64,000 bases of DNA from assembly GCA_050084985.1 (NCBI GenBank), contig JBITNC010000001.1, forward strand, positions 111,972,001-112,036,000. Reading direction: 5' to 3'. A program made the translations under genes and the position numbers. Below the pieces are notes generated by a model. The model did no database searches. It worked only from the letters and a program-made list of their open reading frames with translations, and was not told where the DNA came from. How positions within the stretch are numbered: position 1 is the stretch's first letter; every line of letters begins with the position of its first letter. Source of the DNA: Nageia nagi (lineage: Eukaryota; Plantae; Pinophyta). Below, in pieces: positions 37,601-51,650 of this stretch.

Positions 37601-38600
37601 ACTTCCTTCTCAAATTCAATGGATTAGAGCTCTTAGATTTCATCGCAAAGGCATTGACTCTTTCTTGGACCTGTATGATCCTCAAACTAGATCTTGGTTC
37701 TCTTGGGATAAGTTTCGAGAGTTGTATAATCTCAAGGTAGGTGATAAGTATACTTTTGAATATCTTATTGACAAAACTCCTCTATCTATCTGGACTAAAC
37801 TTGGGAAGAAGTTTCAAAAGCCTTGGTGGTTAGATTGGGTTTGGCCTAAAAGAATTCAGATGAATAAGTGTAAGTCTCATATGGGCTACTTTTTGCTTTC
37901 TCCTCATGTTCCTATGGCTGATACTCTTAATGTCTAATGGGATTTATTCTCTATTCAATCTTGTTGGAAGTTAAGATTCAAGGTTGTTTGGTCTTCCTTA
38001 TTGGAGCCTAAATAAAGTTTTCTTGGTTGGAGTTTGTTACACCAAGGTCTTCCTATTGGTATTCGAAGAAAATATTTGGGTGTTCTTAACCCTCTATGTG
38101 CATTCCGTAATCAGCCAGAAGATTTTTTGCATGTTTTCTGGTCATGTGACAAAGCTCATGATGCCTGGATATGGATTCTCTCTTTTTTTAACCCTTTTTT
38201 GTCTACTTTGTGCGCTTGGGTTCATGCTCTATTGGGGGATCCTCTTCATTTCTCAAAACCTCTTCAAGAAGTTTGGCATATTTTTCATCTTAGTATACTT
38301 TTTCACCTCTGGAAGACTTGAAATAACATTATTTATGGTAGATAAGAAGCTTATTCTATATTCTCTCTTTCTGATAAATACATAGTCTTTTATGATTATT
38401 TGTTATAGATTTTTAATCAAGCAGAAAAGGTACATATTGAGGTTCAGCACTTATGGAATTTGTTGGATCACTGGTGCAATGCTTCCTGCTCTACTAGTAG
38501 ACTGCCCAACCAGATTCAAGATGCTTCTTGCTCACATAACTATGGGCCTCTAGTGGATTGACTTACTTATCAGTGGAGGGCTCTTAGTAGTGCATTTTTA
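34618..38600 (+). pseudogene. LINE ORF2 (APE endonuclease, reverse transcriptase, zf-RVT-like), disrupted
   Basis: MIFFSWNVRG, NIYASN, LCGDFN, SNHAPI, KTPGLDGF, KIDFEKAYD, IRQGCPLAPSLF, HFADDS, EDFLHVFWSC. Confidence 0.92.
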
Positions 38601-39049
38601 TGTTTTTTTTCTTAGTCTGGGTATCTGATAAAGCTTCGAGACATTTTTCCTTTGATGAATATTTGGATCATGTATGATTTTGTTTCTGCTTCCTAGCTTT
38701 TTTATCAAGCTAGTGTGATGATCGGGGTGTGCTCAATCCCACCCGCCCCTTTTGTATGATAAAGCATTTTATTTAATATAAAGTCTTTTCATCCAAAAAA
38801 AATATATTCAAGTACTTTTGGATGAATGAAACACATTCTCTCAATTAAAATAAATCATATACATCATATCTTCTCTTAAAATATTATTAACCAAGGTACA
38901 TGTAATTTATTAAAGTTATTTACTGTAATTCCAAATGTCATGTGTAATACTTGTTGATCAACAATAAATTTTTATACTTTCTTACCTGAAATGGAGAGAA
39001 AAGAAGTATTGTATGATGTTTAATATTGTTTAATGTAACTTAAACTATT

Positions 39050-42000
39050 ACATTAAGATATTGTTTTCATGGATTCACATATGAAGAGAAGACTAAAGAG
39101 GTAGCATGAAAAATAATAAGTCGGGGCAAAAGTGATAGTGGAAAAGGCTATGGTTAGAATTTTGACTGTACAAGTGAGTGATGCACATAAACAAGGATAG
39201 AAAGCTATGAGTAACATCAAGAAATAAAAGTACTAAATATGGGAAGAAAACTTGAATAGAAATTAAAACTAATTGTTTGCATAAGATATCTCCCACTGAT
39301 GATATATGTAAAGAAAAAGAAGCTTGAAAATATCCCTCTAAAATAAGATGATGATGGAATAACTATTAATAATGGAAAAACTATTATTAGAATATTTCTA
39401 GGCCATTGGATAAGTATATTAAATATAAATAATCCATAGTGGAAATATTTTAGAGAAGAAAGATAAATGGGCTTTAACATATTTCCAACATTTATATCTA
39501 GGGAACACATGGAATTGGTACTAAGTACAACATATTTTAAGGAAAGTGTAAGACTACATCTTATATCTTTGTAAGACTACATCTTATTTAGAATAACCTA
39601 GGCATCATCACTATTCAAGTTACATTGCATAATGTCCTCTTTAAGTACCAAAGCCTAAGAGATCCTAAGTATATCAAAATCTACATGGTAAATTTGATCA
39701 AAATAGATATTAACAACCCACTACCCTAATAGCTTATCCTAAAATAAAAAACCTGAATGTATGAAAAATAGGTACCTTATAAAAACATAGCTTTTAATTG
39801 TAGAGACTATTTCCAATATGAAATTTAGTGTCACATTCAAATATTAGAAAACACGCTTTAAAAAGCCAATTAGAATAGTTTGTTAAAGAAATGAGTAGCA
39901 AACATAAAGAATATTCTAGATTCTAAAGGTAAGGCATAGGATATCATTAGATTGAGAAACAAATTAGCCTAAAAAATTAAAAATCATAAATAATAGGGAT
40001 AGGAAAATCCAAATATTTATAGGTGAAGTTGTGGAGGAAACAAAAAAAAAAAAAACTAAAGCGAAAAGTATACTAGTCTAACATAAGTTACAATATATAC
40101 CTCCAAACATAAGAATACCAAAACAAAGATAAGAAACATAAATACTTTAAGTGATGGATATTATCATGGAAGTTAATATGACATGCAAAATAATTTTATG
40201 ATCAAACTTTTAATATCATAAGAGTAAAAATATATACTTTAGAAAGGAAATTAATAATGAGATGTAGATGATACTATTATTGGGTGGCATTTCCACACCA
40301 CACATTAAAAAATAAATGACATTTAGTGGAATTATATGCCCTTGAATATGCTTACTAAAAAATATCCTCTTAAAGTATTTGATTAAGATAAAAAAGATAG
40401 GTTTTGTTTCTAATAAGGTAGAAGTTATTCCCTTAAAAATTAACAAAGAGATCTACATAAAATTAAAGAAGTATCTTAGTGAAGAGGATATTGAAAAGAT
40501 AATCTTTTGTATGAATAGAAACTCAATAGGTTTTTTCTAGCAATATTAGGATATTATTAGGGAAGTTATTAAGGATATGAAAGAGATTCAAATATTAACA
40601 TGACTACTCAAATAAATTGAAAACATCTTGTTCACCCTAATTAAAAAGAAAAGAGATCCTAAATTTTTGTAAAATCTTATACTCATCATATTTTGAAATG
40701 TGATTTGAAATATCCATTCTAAGATTCTCATGAACAAATTCTTAAATATCATGCCTAATATCATTGAGTAGCATAAAATAAATATATCATCCCAAGAAGA
40801 TATTTTTTATAGTCATATTCAATGGTAGCATGAAATTTTGTATGGGATTTAATAAACTTAGAAGATTCAAAGTAAACTCACTATATGGTGAGGTTAAGTT
40901 ATCTAATAAATAAGAAATACTATTTTCTTTCAAATCACTTGTAGTAAACTACAATATATTTCATTTCTTTAAATTAAATATGTGATAAAGAATCATAAAA
41001 TTTGTAATCAATCCATAAGAAAGTTCTATTTTTAGGGGTATAAGAGAGGAGAAGGATAGTTTTGGTTAATTGCAATAAATTTTAAAGATGAAGTTAGGAT
41101 TAAGTATGATGAACATCAATGAAAGTAACATATACCAAGCATCAAAAGTAATTCACATAATATTAAACTCTAAATCTAGTTAGCTAAAAGTTATATGTTA
41201 AAAGTATATATATGAGAAATAAATTAAATATCTACTTCAAGATGATACAAGAGAAGCAAATTAAAATCAAATTACAAAATTCTCTTCAATATAAAATAAT
41301 TTACATAAACAAGACTAGAGCAATAATGAACTAGGTGGTAATTAGTAAATATAGTAAAAAAATATTTTACATAGATAATTGGTGTGAAGAGTTCTCCTTT
41401 ATATGAAGAAAACACCTAAGAAAATTTAGGAACATCATGAGTATAGAATGGATAATCGAAATTCATAACTATATTTACTCCTCCTAAGTGGAGAAGTGTA
41501 TTTATGGAAATGGAAAGAAGTAAGGAATGTAGAAGTTACTTTTGAGGAAAATGAAACTTTGAATAAAATTAGAAAATTAGTCTTTATCTTTATAGTAAAA
41601 ATAAATATATATTAAATGGATATATGAACTAAGTGATTTCCTATAATATGAAAAAGGATATAGGAGGTTAAACAAATAAGAGATCTCCATAACTTGAACT
41701 AGAGGATTGTATTATGAAAATCTATAATACTAAAAATACAATAATCATGATGGAAATATCTAGAAACTAAACCTATAATATAGAATAATTTAAGTAAAAC
41801 AAACAGGAATACATAAGCCTAAAATATTTAATCCATGTCATGTGGATTATGAATATGTGAAACATATCTTTTTAAAATTTTCCTTCTCAAGCAAGCAAAT
41901 AGGTTAGGTCTTTGCAAGCACTTCAAAATAAATTTTGATCTTATGGAGCTACCTAAGGAGAAAAAGATATAATATAATGTAATAGAATAAGTTTAAAATC

Positions 42001-42500
42001 TTTAGTTATCATATTATATATAAGGAACATGATAATGTGACTTTTAAATATAAAATATAGGTTCTAAGTAATGAAATGATTAAATCTAGAGATCCAAACT
42101 AAACCTTTATTGGAAAATCTAAAATGAGAAAAAGTTTCTCATATAGTCCACAGGATAAAGAGCATATAAACTAAAATTTTGATGTTCCTTTAATCATCTA
42201 AAGGGAGTAAAAGGATAAAAAATAATAAGGAAAATCTTTAGAGAGCCATTATAGGCTATGTAAAATATTATAGATCAATAATCACAAGGATAATTTAGCT
42301 CAAGGGAATATGGAAGAAAAAGGGCATTTTCTCCACCTAAAAATACAATAAGTTGATATAAGTATCCAAAACATGTGGATAATATAGAATTCAATAATTA
42401 TTCTACATTTATATCTCTAATAATAATTAATTTTTTCTTATTCAATTCTTCATTTATTTATATTAGTCTAAGAGCCTATAGGTTAATTATTATATTTAGG
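39050..42500 (+). mobile_element. Very old, heavily decayed L1-like LINE relic
   Basis: Around 40420-40780: VIPLKINKE...LSEEDIEKIIFCMN, FF*QY*DII, TLIKKKRDP, SKILMNKFLNIMPNII, matching the RT N-terminal layout. Boundaries uncertain. Confidence 0.55.
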
Positions 42501-43104
42501 TTCTTTATGTATGCATATTTGTAATATAAATTTCATAATATTTATAGAGAAAATTAATTATTACTTGGTTATTCAATATTTTAAATAACTTACCTTTCAA
42601 TTTCTCTACTCTCCACATAGTCACGAAACCTATCAAACCTCCCTTGGCCTTCATATAAATTACATTATTCTTTCAATATATTATTTCAATCAACTTCTAA
42701 TTATTTTATATATTAAGATTATTTTCCTGTATTTTATTTCATGAGAGATTCTACTAATCTTATTTTATATCAAGCATTTAATCTCTTTTAATTATACTAT
42801 ATATATTTCGTAACTCCTCCTTGAAAATTTTATCCATTATGGCATACTTCTTGTCTTTTATCTCTTTATATATATTCCTATTTATCGAATCCTAAATTAA
42901 ATGTCAACAAAATTTATTTTTTGACATTCATCTCTATCATTATTTATCTCCTAAGTTTATGATTATTTTGAAAATATCTTTTATTATAAGTAAATCTAGT
43001 ATTTGGTTTTCCTTGCTATCTTATTTTAGACTCTGTTTACTAGATATTTTCAAAATGTGTGCATCTATGTGATTGTTTCCAAGCTTCATCAAAAAGTTTT
43101 CCAT

Positions 43105-43680
43105 GGGATTCGTCTAATTTATGGTCAAAAAATGGTTCAATGTTTCTTGATTTTCATTTTTCATTACAATTGATCTCACAATTTGAAGCACATAGACATG
43201 GAATCATGGAAAAGGTCACCGAGATGAAAATGTAGTGCTCAGAGTCTAGTTTGTAAATATGTAATTTTGTCTAATACCCAAATAATAAAAATTATGTTTT
43301 TATAGGGATGAGTAGAAACTTCTTTTTAAAATATACTATTTCAAGACCATACTAAACATGTATCTGGTAAACATAATTTAACCTAAATCAAAATATTTTT
43401 TAAAATACTTTTGGGAAAGGATTCCTAATACACTAAACCATGTCCTAGATATTTTATAATTTTTTCATAAATATATTTTTATTATTAATTTTGCATTGGT
43501 CATTATTGTTGTTTCAAAAATAGCTCATGTCTAACATGCATAATTTGAGCTAACCTTATCCAGTTTTCAATTTTTTTCTAATATTGAAGAGAATTGTCTA
43601 TAGCTTGTCCTCAAATAATTAAAAAAAATCATAAAAAGTAAAAAAAAAATTTATTAAAAAATAAGAATCTAACATTTAGT
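43105..43680 (-). repeat. Dispersed ~0.55-kb repeat, copy 2 (inverted relative to 27520-28080)
   Basis: Reverse-complement similarity over several hundred bp. Confidence 0.75.
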
Positions 43681-44894
43681 CTCACCTTCTTGCAACAGTT
43701 CCTCTTTATGTGGACTCATCTTCTTGCACCCACCCATTAGCACATTGAAATTTGTGTATTATATCCTTAATGGTCCCCACCTAGAATCATCTATAATAGC
43801 TTCTAGATAATATTTGTTGACTTTTTTTTGTTATATCCTTATATTTAAATCTAATATAGTGTCTTACCTCTTCTTAAGGGGAGAAGTTTTTATGCTTTGT
43901 TGAGTTTTTTTTATTGATTTCACTCCATAGTAATATTAGAGGTTCCTAAGCTTGACATAAAGATATTTTATCCTTCATGGTATCTAAAGTTTATGTTCAT
44001 TGAAATCTAAGGTAGCTCTACCTCTATCCTATAGAAAGCACTTGGTATGCCATTTTACAAATCTAGAAAATAAATACATTGATATTTTAAGTTTCATATC
44101 TCTTAATACAATCTAATATTAAAAGGCATAGTTTCATATTTCATAATTTAGATGTATAGGCCCAAGCTTTAAGCTAAACTAACTATTTTTTTATAAAAGA
44201 TTCAATAAATGTAGTTGGGTACATAGTCTCATAGCGATTGCATTATCTAATCTTACACATTGAGATTCCACTATTATAACTTATCCTAAGGTAGCTCCAA
44301 TGCTTTCAATGAATATAATATTCTAGATTCTAAGGGAAATCTATATAACCTAAAATAGATAAGAACTTTATCTATATTTACCTTATTTAAGTAAAAACCT
44401 AGCCTCTAGTTCCTCATATCTAGATATATATTTCCCATTAACCATGAGCCTCTACTAAAAACCCTATTAAAGTTTTACAAACAAGTGATAGAGGTTGGAA
44501 GGAATCCTTTGGGGAAATTAAAAATTTAATATTTGCCAATGATTTAAGGGTTAGTATCCCTTGCCACAAATCCATGACTATTTATATCATTCTTTACTTT
44601 AGGCACTTCAAATTTTCATTTATGGTGTAATCATCAATACTGATATAGAGGTTGGACACTTGTTCTTCAATTAAAGCACTTGGATTTTTTAAGATCATGG
44701 GGTTGTTCTCATACCATTACCCTTGTTCTCGTCAGGATTTTCTTATTTAGAGTTTATTCTTTCCTATTTTTTGACAACAATTCATCTATCTTTCTAAATA
44801 AAATTTTAAGACCTCGTTCATCAAACTCAATTATAAATTGAAGATAAATTTATTTAATTCTATTTGAAAATTGAGGTGAAATATGAATTGATAG

Positions 44895-44968
44895 ATAGGT
44901 GAGCTGGAGATATGTAGTTGAAACTCTTAACAAATGAGAGACCCAAGTTCAAGTCTCCTTGCTAAATC
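44895..44968 (+). repeat. Short tRNA/SINE-head-like repeat, copy 2
   Basis: TAGTTGAAACTCTTAACAAATGAGAGACCCAAGTTCAAGTCTC, with a GAGAC/GTCTC stem around a GTTCAA B-box-like loop. Confidence 0.5.
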
Positions 44969-45599
44969 CTGTCGAGTTGACGGTAGGTATGGATGAGGTC
45001 GGGATCATGCACCCCGAAATCTAATTCCATGAAATGTTGTATTTTAATTTTAAGAAAAAATGCAAATATATTGATATTGAATGTGTATAAAATTAAGTTG
45101 ATTTTTATATATATATTCATATTCTAATTCTAAAAAGTGCAATTATATTTACATTGAATGTGCATGAAATTAAGTTGTATTTTTATATATATGCTATGGT
45201 GTGTGTGACTATAGTATTGACCAAGTGTATATATATATATTGAAGGCTACAATAGGTGGAACCTCTATTTAGATAAAAGAAAATTATTCAAAAATTTTAA
45301 AAACAAATAGAGATCAATTCGAAGGTTTTATAGACATTTCTAATAAAAAAACAAATTAAATTGGAAACATCTATATATTAAAAATATTAGATATATAATG
45401 AAAAAGTTTAAAAACCAAATGCAACAAATCAATAATCTTTGACACATTCATATTCCTCGTGAAAATGAATAAAAAATCATACAAATAATTATTTAATCTT
45501 AACAACGAATTCATGAGGTTTAGATCGAGTTCAAACATGCTTATCATAATACAAATAAGTATTGCTTAAATTAGTAAAGTAGCATAGCGAGGAACCAAA

Positions 45600-45683
45600 A
45601 ATGAAATTCCGCAAACTCTTCTGCAAGACGTAGAATCAGCCGTCCAACAACTCTGTGCGATGCCCAAAGACGTCAAACAAAAA
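45600..45683 (+). pseudogene. Short 2OGD exon-1 fragment (fourth copy)
   Basis: NEIPQTLLQDVESAVQQLCAMPKDVKQK versus copy 3 NGIPDTFLPDIDSAIQQLCSMPTEAKQR. Confidence 0.8.
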
Positions 45684-45934
45684 CCAATGGATGACCAAAG
45701 CCAAATCAAATTAAACATAAAAGACCATTTTAAAAGTTGGAATCGGGAACTTAATATGATGGGACGGTATAAAAGGATAAAATTCGTCAGTCCAAGTAGC
45801 AGCAACTTCGATTTCTTCTTCCAGAGCCTGAGGTCTTCATTTTGTGCCATGGATATCTCCAAGCGAACTCAGAATATCCCATTTCCATTGGCATCAGACA
45901 ATTTTCAATATTGAATAACAAACCCCACCCCTGT

Positions 45935-46058
45935 TAACGTGGAGTATCTTGTCTCTCACGATAAATGTAATCTTAAGAAAGACTAGTTTGATTTCAATCT
46001 GTCAGTGACGTGTGCAAGGCACGTCCATTTCTATGTCACTCCTCTTATCTTTATAAAT
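45935..46058 (+). promoter_or_regulatory. Putative core promoter of 2OGD copy 3: three ACGT-core motifs plus TATA box
   Basis: AACGTGG (~45935), TGACGTGT (~46006), GCACGTC (~46019), and TATAAAT at 46052-46058, 133 bp upstream of the ATG. Confidence 0.5.
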
Positions 46059-46920
46059 CAGCCAAATGAGTCAAGACATCTAGATCACTAACCCCTTTGA
46101 TAACAAATCATCTTCTGTTTTATTCTTGTGATACTTTCTTCTGTGTTGTATATCTTTTCATACTCATCTGTCCTCTAAATATCCTTCGCCATGCCGTGGT
46201 CGCTGCAGACTTCCCCTGATCGTTGTCTTGAAGCTGATATCCCTCTTATTGACCTTTCGAGATTTGGAAAAACACATCATGATGTCCACCATCAGGAGGA
46301 CATCGCCAAAGTCAGACATGCTTGCAAAGAATGGAGAATTTTCAGAGTTGTCAACAATGGAATTCCTGATACTTTTCTGCCGGACATAGACTCAGCGATC
46401 CAGCAGCTATGTTCCATGCCCACGGAGGCAAAACAAAGATTGGCCACAGATGACCCCATTCAGAGTTACAGTACCCGACTCGGCTTTGAAACCATCTCCC
46501 TTGATAAGCTACCTCATTCGGATTCAGTCCTTCACATGTCTCGCAAAATATGGCCAAAAGAGGGAAATCCAATCTTCGGGTATGTTGTCATCATGTTCTT
46601 TTCTGCATCTTCTGACCTCAAAAATCCAAAACTAATCAAGTCCAACCCCATTTCAGCAAAATTGTTGGACCGTATACGTTTCTCTTCGCAGATCTCTCCC
46701 TAATTAAGCTATAGGCGTTCCTCTTTGATTTTGCGAAGCTCATTTTCAAATCCACAGTTGAAATATGATATAGTAAGATTATACATTAAATATATATAGA
46801 TTAAGTTTCATTTAAATATTATTTTCTTTTGTCAAATTTTTAATTATAAACATGATTAAAAAAAAATTTAATCCTTTAAAATACTTGAACTTCAGAAACA
46901 ATGATAAAAATGATTATCCT

Positions 46921-49160
46921 AATATCTAATTTTGTTTCTTATAATTTTTCTTACATTTATATCTTGTATAAATTATTGATAATTTAACATGTAAGTTATA
47001 TTTTTTTAGAAATGTACATACACTATATGGATATTTGAAAAATTTATTGGAATTATTTTCTTTTGCATGATTTCTTATTTATTAGTTTATTTTCTATAGG
47101 ATGTAGTTGAAAAATATTATATACAAAATTATATTTTTATTAAAAAAAAAAGTGTTTATTAATGTCCATAGAAGACCAAGAGTGATCTAAGGAACAATTG
47201 TATAGCGAGTACAATGTATATTGGAACTCAAAATGGTCCACATGTAACCAACTCAACCCACAAATACACCTAAAATAAATTTATATTTATATTTATACTC
47301 ATACATGTATAAAATAAATTTTAGTATTGAATATAATGTTATAAAATATCTTATTATTTGTTTAAAAAACATCTATTTGTATACTAGTGAATTTTTTAAT
47401 AATATAATATTTATATATTCAACAATTATATTAATACCATGTTGTGAATAAATTTTTTAAGAGAAATTAATACATATATATTTTACCAATATTTTCATGT
47501 CATTGATAAGAAAAATATGATCATTATACTAATTTTGCATACTATCAAACTATATCTTCTAACTAATCAATTATTTCACTTATCTAATATTAAAAATTTG
47601 ATAAAAATATAAATAAATTAAATAATATTACAAATAAATTGACCATAATAACATGTGTTATCAATTGTAAATATGATCTTTTAAAAATTGATAATGCAAT
47701 AGCATACTTTGAAATAGGTATTAACTTATTTTTATTGATAGTTTTAGAGAATATATTATTATTTAATTTCATTTGTAATTAATGTGTATAATATTTTTTA
47801 TTTGATTGAATACAATATTTTTTATTTGAATAATAAAATGTTTTTGAATGTTATTTTATTTTATAATAATATAGCTCGACATTTATTTTATTATTTACTT
47901 TAATTTTTATTTGATTGAATGCAATATTCTTTCTTGTGAAGAATATAAAAAATATTATATTGCATTGTAATTTCTATAGGTGCAAAGATATAATTAATGT
48001 CTTATGATTATAAGAAAATAATGTTTTATTATTTTACTTATTTAATAATAAAAAAGGTAAAAACTATAAAAGAATTCAATACAGTTATTAAAAAAATTCC
48101 ATAGTAACATATATAATATCTAATTTTATTTGTTATATTTTTTCTACATCTATATCTTGTATAAAATAATGACAATTTAACATGTGAATTATATTATTTT
48201 TATAATGTACATAGACTAAATGAGTATTTGAAGAATTTATTAGAATTATTTATTTATGCATAATTTCTTGTTTATTAGTTTTTTTTTTATAAGATGTAGT
48301 TGAAAAATATTATATACAAAATTATATTTTTATTATAAAATAGAGAAACTTTTGGAAATTATATCATTGTAATTTATGTTTATATTCATATATATATGAA
48401 ATCAATTTACATATTGAATATAATATTATATAATATCTTACTATTTGTTTCAAAAATACCTATTTGTATACTAGTTAATTTTTTAATAATATAATATTTA
48501 TAGATTCAACTATTATATTATTAACATGTTGTGAATAATATTTTTAAAAATAAAAATCTAAGGCATATATATTTTACCAATATTTTCATGTCATTGATAA
48601 GAAAAATAAGACCATTATACTAATGTTGCATACTATCATACCATATCTTCTAACTAATCAATTATATCAATTATCTAATATAAATTTTTTTATAACAAAT
48701 ATAAATGAAATAATTAATATTAAAAATAAATCAACCAAAATAACATGTATTATTAGTTATTATTAGTAATTGAAAATATGATCTTTTAAAAAATAATAAT
48801 GCAACATCATACTTTGAAATATATATTAATTTATATATATTGAATAGTTTTAGCAAATATATTAATAATAAATTTTATTTGTAATTATTATATATAATAT
48901 TTTTTATTTGATTGAATATAATATAATTTTGCATTTATTTTCCATTTGAATAATAAAATATTTCTTTTGTAGATGTTATTTTATTTTATAGTAATATATT
49001 AAAGAAGTGTACTTCAATATTTATGTTATTATTTTCTTTAACTTTTATTTGATTGAATGCTATATTCTTTTTCTAAAGAATATAAAAGATATTTTCTCAC
49101 ATTATAATTTCTATAGGTGCAAATACAAAATTAATGTCTTATGATTACAAGAAGATAATA
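46921..49160. repeat. Internal ~1.1-1.2-kb direct duplication within the Helitron (46921-~48030 and 48115-~49160)
   Basis: AATATCTAATTTT..., GATGTAGTTGAAAAATATTATATACAAAATT, and TTTCTATAGGTGCAAA each occur in both units. Confidence 0.85.
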
Positions 49161-50519
49161 TTTACAATAAATATATATTTTTACAAACATGGTAGGAAAT
49201 TCATAATTATTGTTTTGTGATAGAGTATTTTTACTAATACTACATACTTATATTTTACTATCATAACTATAAACTTATAACTTAACAATAGTTAAGTTAT
49301 TCTTTAATAATTTTGAAAGTAAAATATAGTATCTTAAACATAGATATCACTAATAGAAAATTAAATATTTTATTATGGTGTAGTATATGTGAAACAAAAA
49401 TAAAACCTTATATGTTAATGGGATGAGATAATAAATAATATTGAGGAGTATAGTCACTATTTTAAAGAACAAATTAAAAAAGATATCATCTTTTGTATGG
49501 AAGCTGGGGTTCCTTGCCTATCATAATTTTCTTATATGATTTATGATATGTTTATCAAGGGGAATATGAAGACTATCTACAATGTGTATTCGTAATGTAA
49601 AATACTAATAATTTATTTACATCATAAAATTTTCAACATAAATGAAACTAATAGATAGGCTTATTACACAAATTATTATAAATTAAGTTTTAGTTGTTAA
49701 ACTATAGAGATTTATTTAATTTTCTAAGAAATGTTCCAATTTCAATGGAATTTGAAAAGTTGTCTATTAGTTTTAGAATGATTTAATAGAAATATGGTGA
49801 GTGGTCAAAATGGGAGAGGTACAACCTGACATCATTAGGGATCATACTTAGAGGATATTTTTTAAATGCTTGAAATTCCAACAAATAGAATTTAGTAAAT
49901 TATTTTTCTGTGTTAGTATTTAAGTGAGCAAAGTTATTGAATATGATATATCTATCCAAGAAATATGCCATCTTATACTAAATCTACACCATGAAAATAA
50001 CATTCTAAATATACAATTAACAGAGTCTCACTAAGGTTTACAATCATCACTCAAAGGATGAAATTTCTTATCATGATTTATGTTTGATAAAGTTGCTTCT
50101 ATATCATTTATTGCATAACATTCAAGATGATTATGGTACTAACAATGATGATATTATAACAAAATGGGAGAGATTTCACAATTATTACACTCCATGGTAG
50201 GCACATCACACATCAATAAAACTAATCAAAAAGAGTATCATTGACTCACCATGCACTTAATAAATGGAATTCAAATAAAATAGATATATCAAATGCTAAG
50301 TGATGTCCTTTATACATCTAGGACATAGTATGTAGATACATGAATTTGACATGATCGATCGATAAGGCCTAGATATTGAAAACAATTGGGAAATATCTCT
50401 ATTGACACCATAATAACAAAGAAAGGTTATTATTTTATCAATGATAATCTTCATCCATTGACCAAAAAAGTCTTTTTCATATATTAAAATCACATCTTAC
50501 TAAACTCACTTTCAACCAC

Positions 50520-51650
50520 CACTCAGAATGATCACTCAAGGTATTGTAGGTACAAAAAAATTATACTTAATCAAATGCATAAGATCTTTATTTTGTAGTT
50601 TTGATCCAAATGGAAAATCCATATTACTACTTCTTGCACCAACATAAGTTGTAGTGTTCAACATAGGTACTTCATTAATTTACTTTGCACTTTAACTGCC
50701 AATTAAAAAATGATTCCTCTTATTGAACAATCACTTGCTAGCTTCCAAGAAAAATTGTAGTCCATACAATACATTATAATAAAGAAGATGAGTTTCCTTG
50801 GTCCTAAACTCTTAAAAATCATAGACATTAGGTTGTGTGAAGCATATCTAAGTAATAATCACATCCCATTTGTATGTCTATCTACCACCCATGAAGGACA
50901 TCCCCATATATGCTTCATCCTCATTAGATTGTACACTATGGTGCATTTTCAAAATAGTTATGACATTGACCATAATATTCCTTAAAAGTGGTAAGCATCC
51001 TACATAGATATCTTTTTGTAACTTGTTGACAAATCTCACTAATGTCATGTTCATGCTCAAGAGTTATAGTTATGGAGCAATCTCCTTTTATCTCTTCAAT
51101 TCATCTTTTTGCAACAAATGAAATAGTTTCTGATCATAATAAATATATATTGTTATTCTTGATAAGACTTATTTTCATATCCAACCTAAAATAACTACAA
51201 GAATAAACTAGTTTAAATCTAACAAAGAGCAACTCTAACAGCAGCTATTATTATGTATTAAGCAATAAGTTATGTTATATGCAAATTTATGGATAGAAAT
51301 AAAACTTGTTAATGGTGCACTTGGAAAAGTTAAATCAATTATTTACAGGGATAATGAACAACCACCTCAGCTTTCATTAATTGTTGAGATCACAAAAACC
51401 TAAAATATAATCCTATAATACCCTTAAGTCATGGTCAATGATGACAAATACCACTTAAAATGACATAGACATTGACAATATACAAATCACAATGTCTTAC
51501 ACTTGAAAAGGAAACTATTAACATTTGCAACACTAAACGTCAAGGATTAACTTTCACAAGTATATCCATAGTACTTGCATTAGAAATAATGCAATTTTGT
51601 ATACATATATGTTATACAAAAAAAAAAAAAGCAACATTTGTTGCCACTTT
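50520..51650 (+). pseudogene. Decayed PIF1-family helicase of the Helitron
   Basis: LRMITQGIVGTKKLYLI (Walker A), LLLLAPT*VVVFNIG, IIIKKMSF (DE motif decayed), VMLYANLWIEIKLVNGALG, QIPLKMT*TLTIYKSQCLTLEK. Confidence 0.85.

Larger units (their letters stand above)
33216..38799 (+). mobile_element. Full-length, decayed L1-clade LINE with 15-bp TSD
   Basis: TSD AAATATATTCAAGTA at 33201-33215 and 38800-38814, a short A tail, and both ORF1 and ORF2. Confidence 0.95.

Noticed and set aside
44895-44968. Possible tRNA gene
   Set aside because: Only a T-arm/B-box-like piece. No full cloverleaf or acceptor stem could be formed.
45566-45914. Overlapping 98-aa (-) and 84-aa (+) ORFs
   Set aside because: No recognisable domain beyond the short 2OGD fragment. 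Likely chance ORFs.
46191-46703. 170-aa ORF as a stand-alone intact gene
   Set aside because: It is 2OGD exon 1 reading through intron 1 and lacks the catalytic HxD...H domain.
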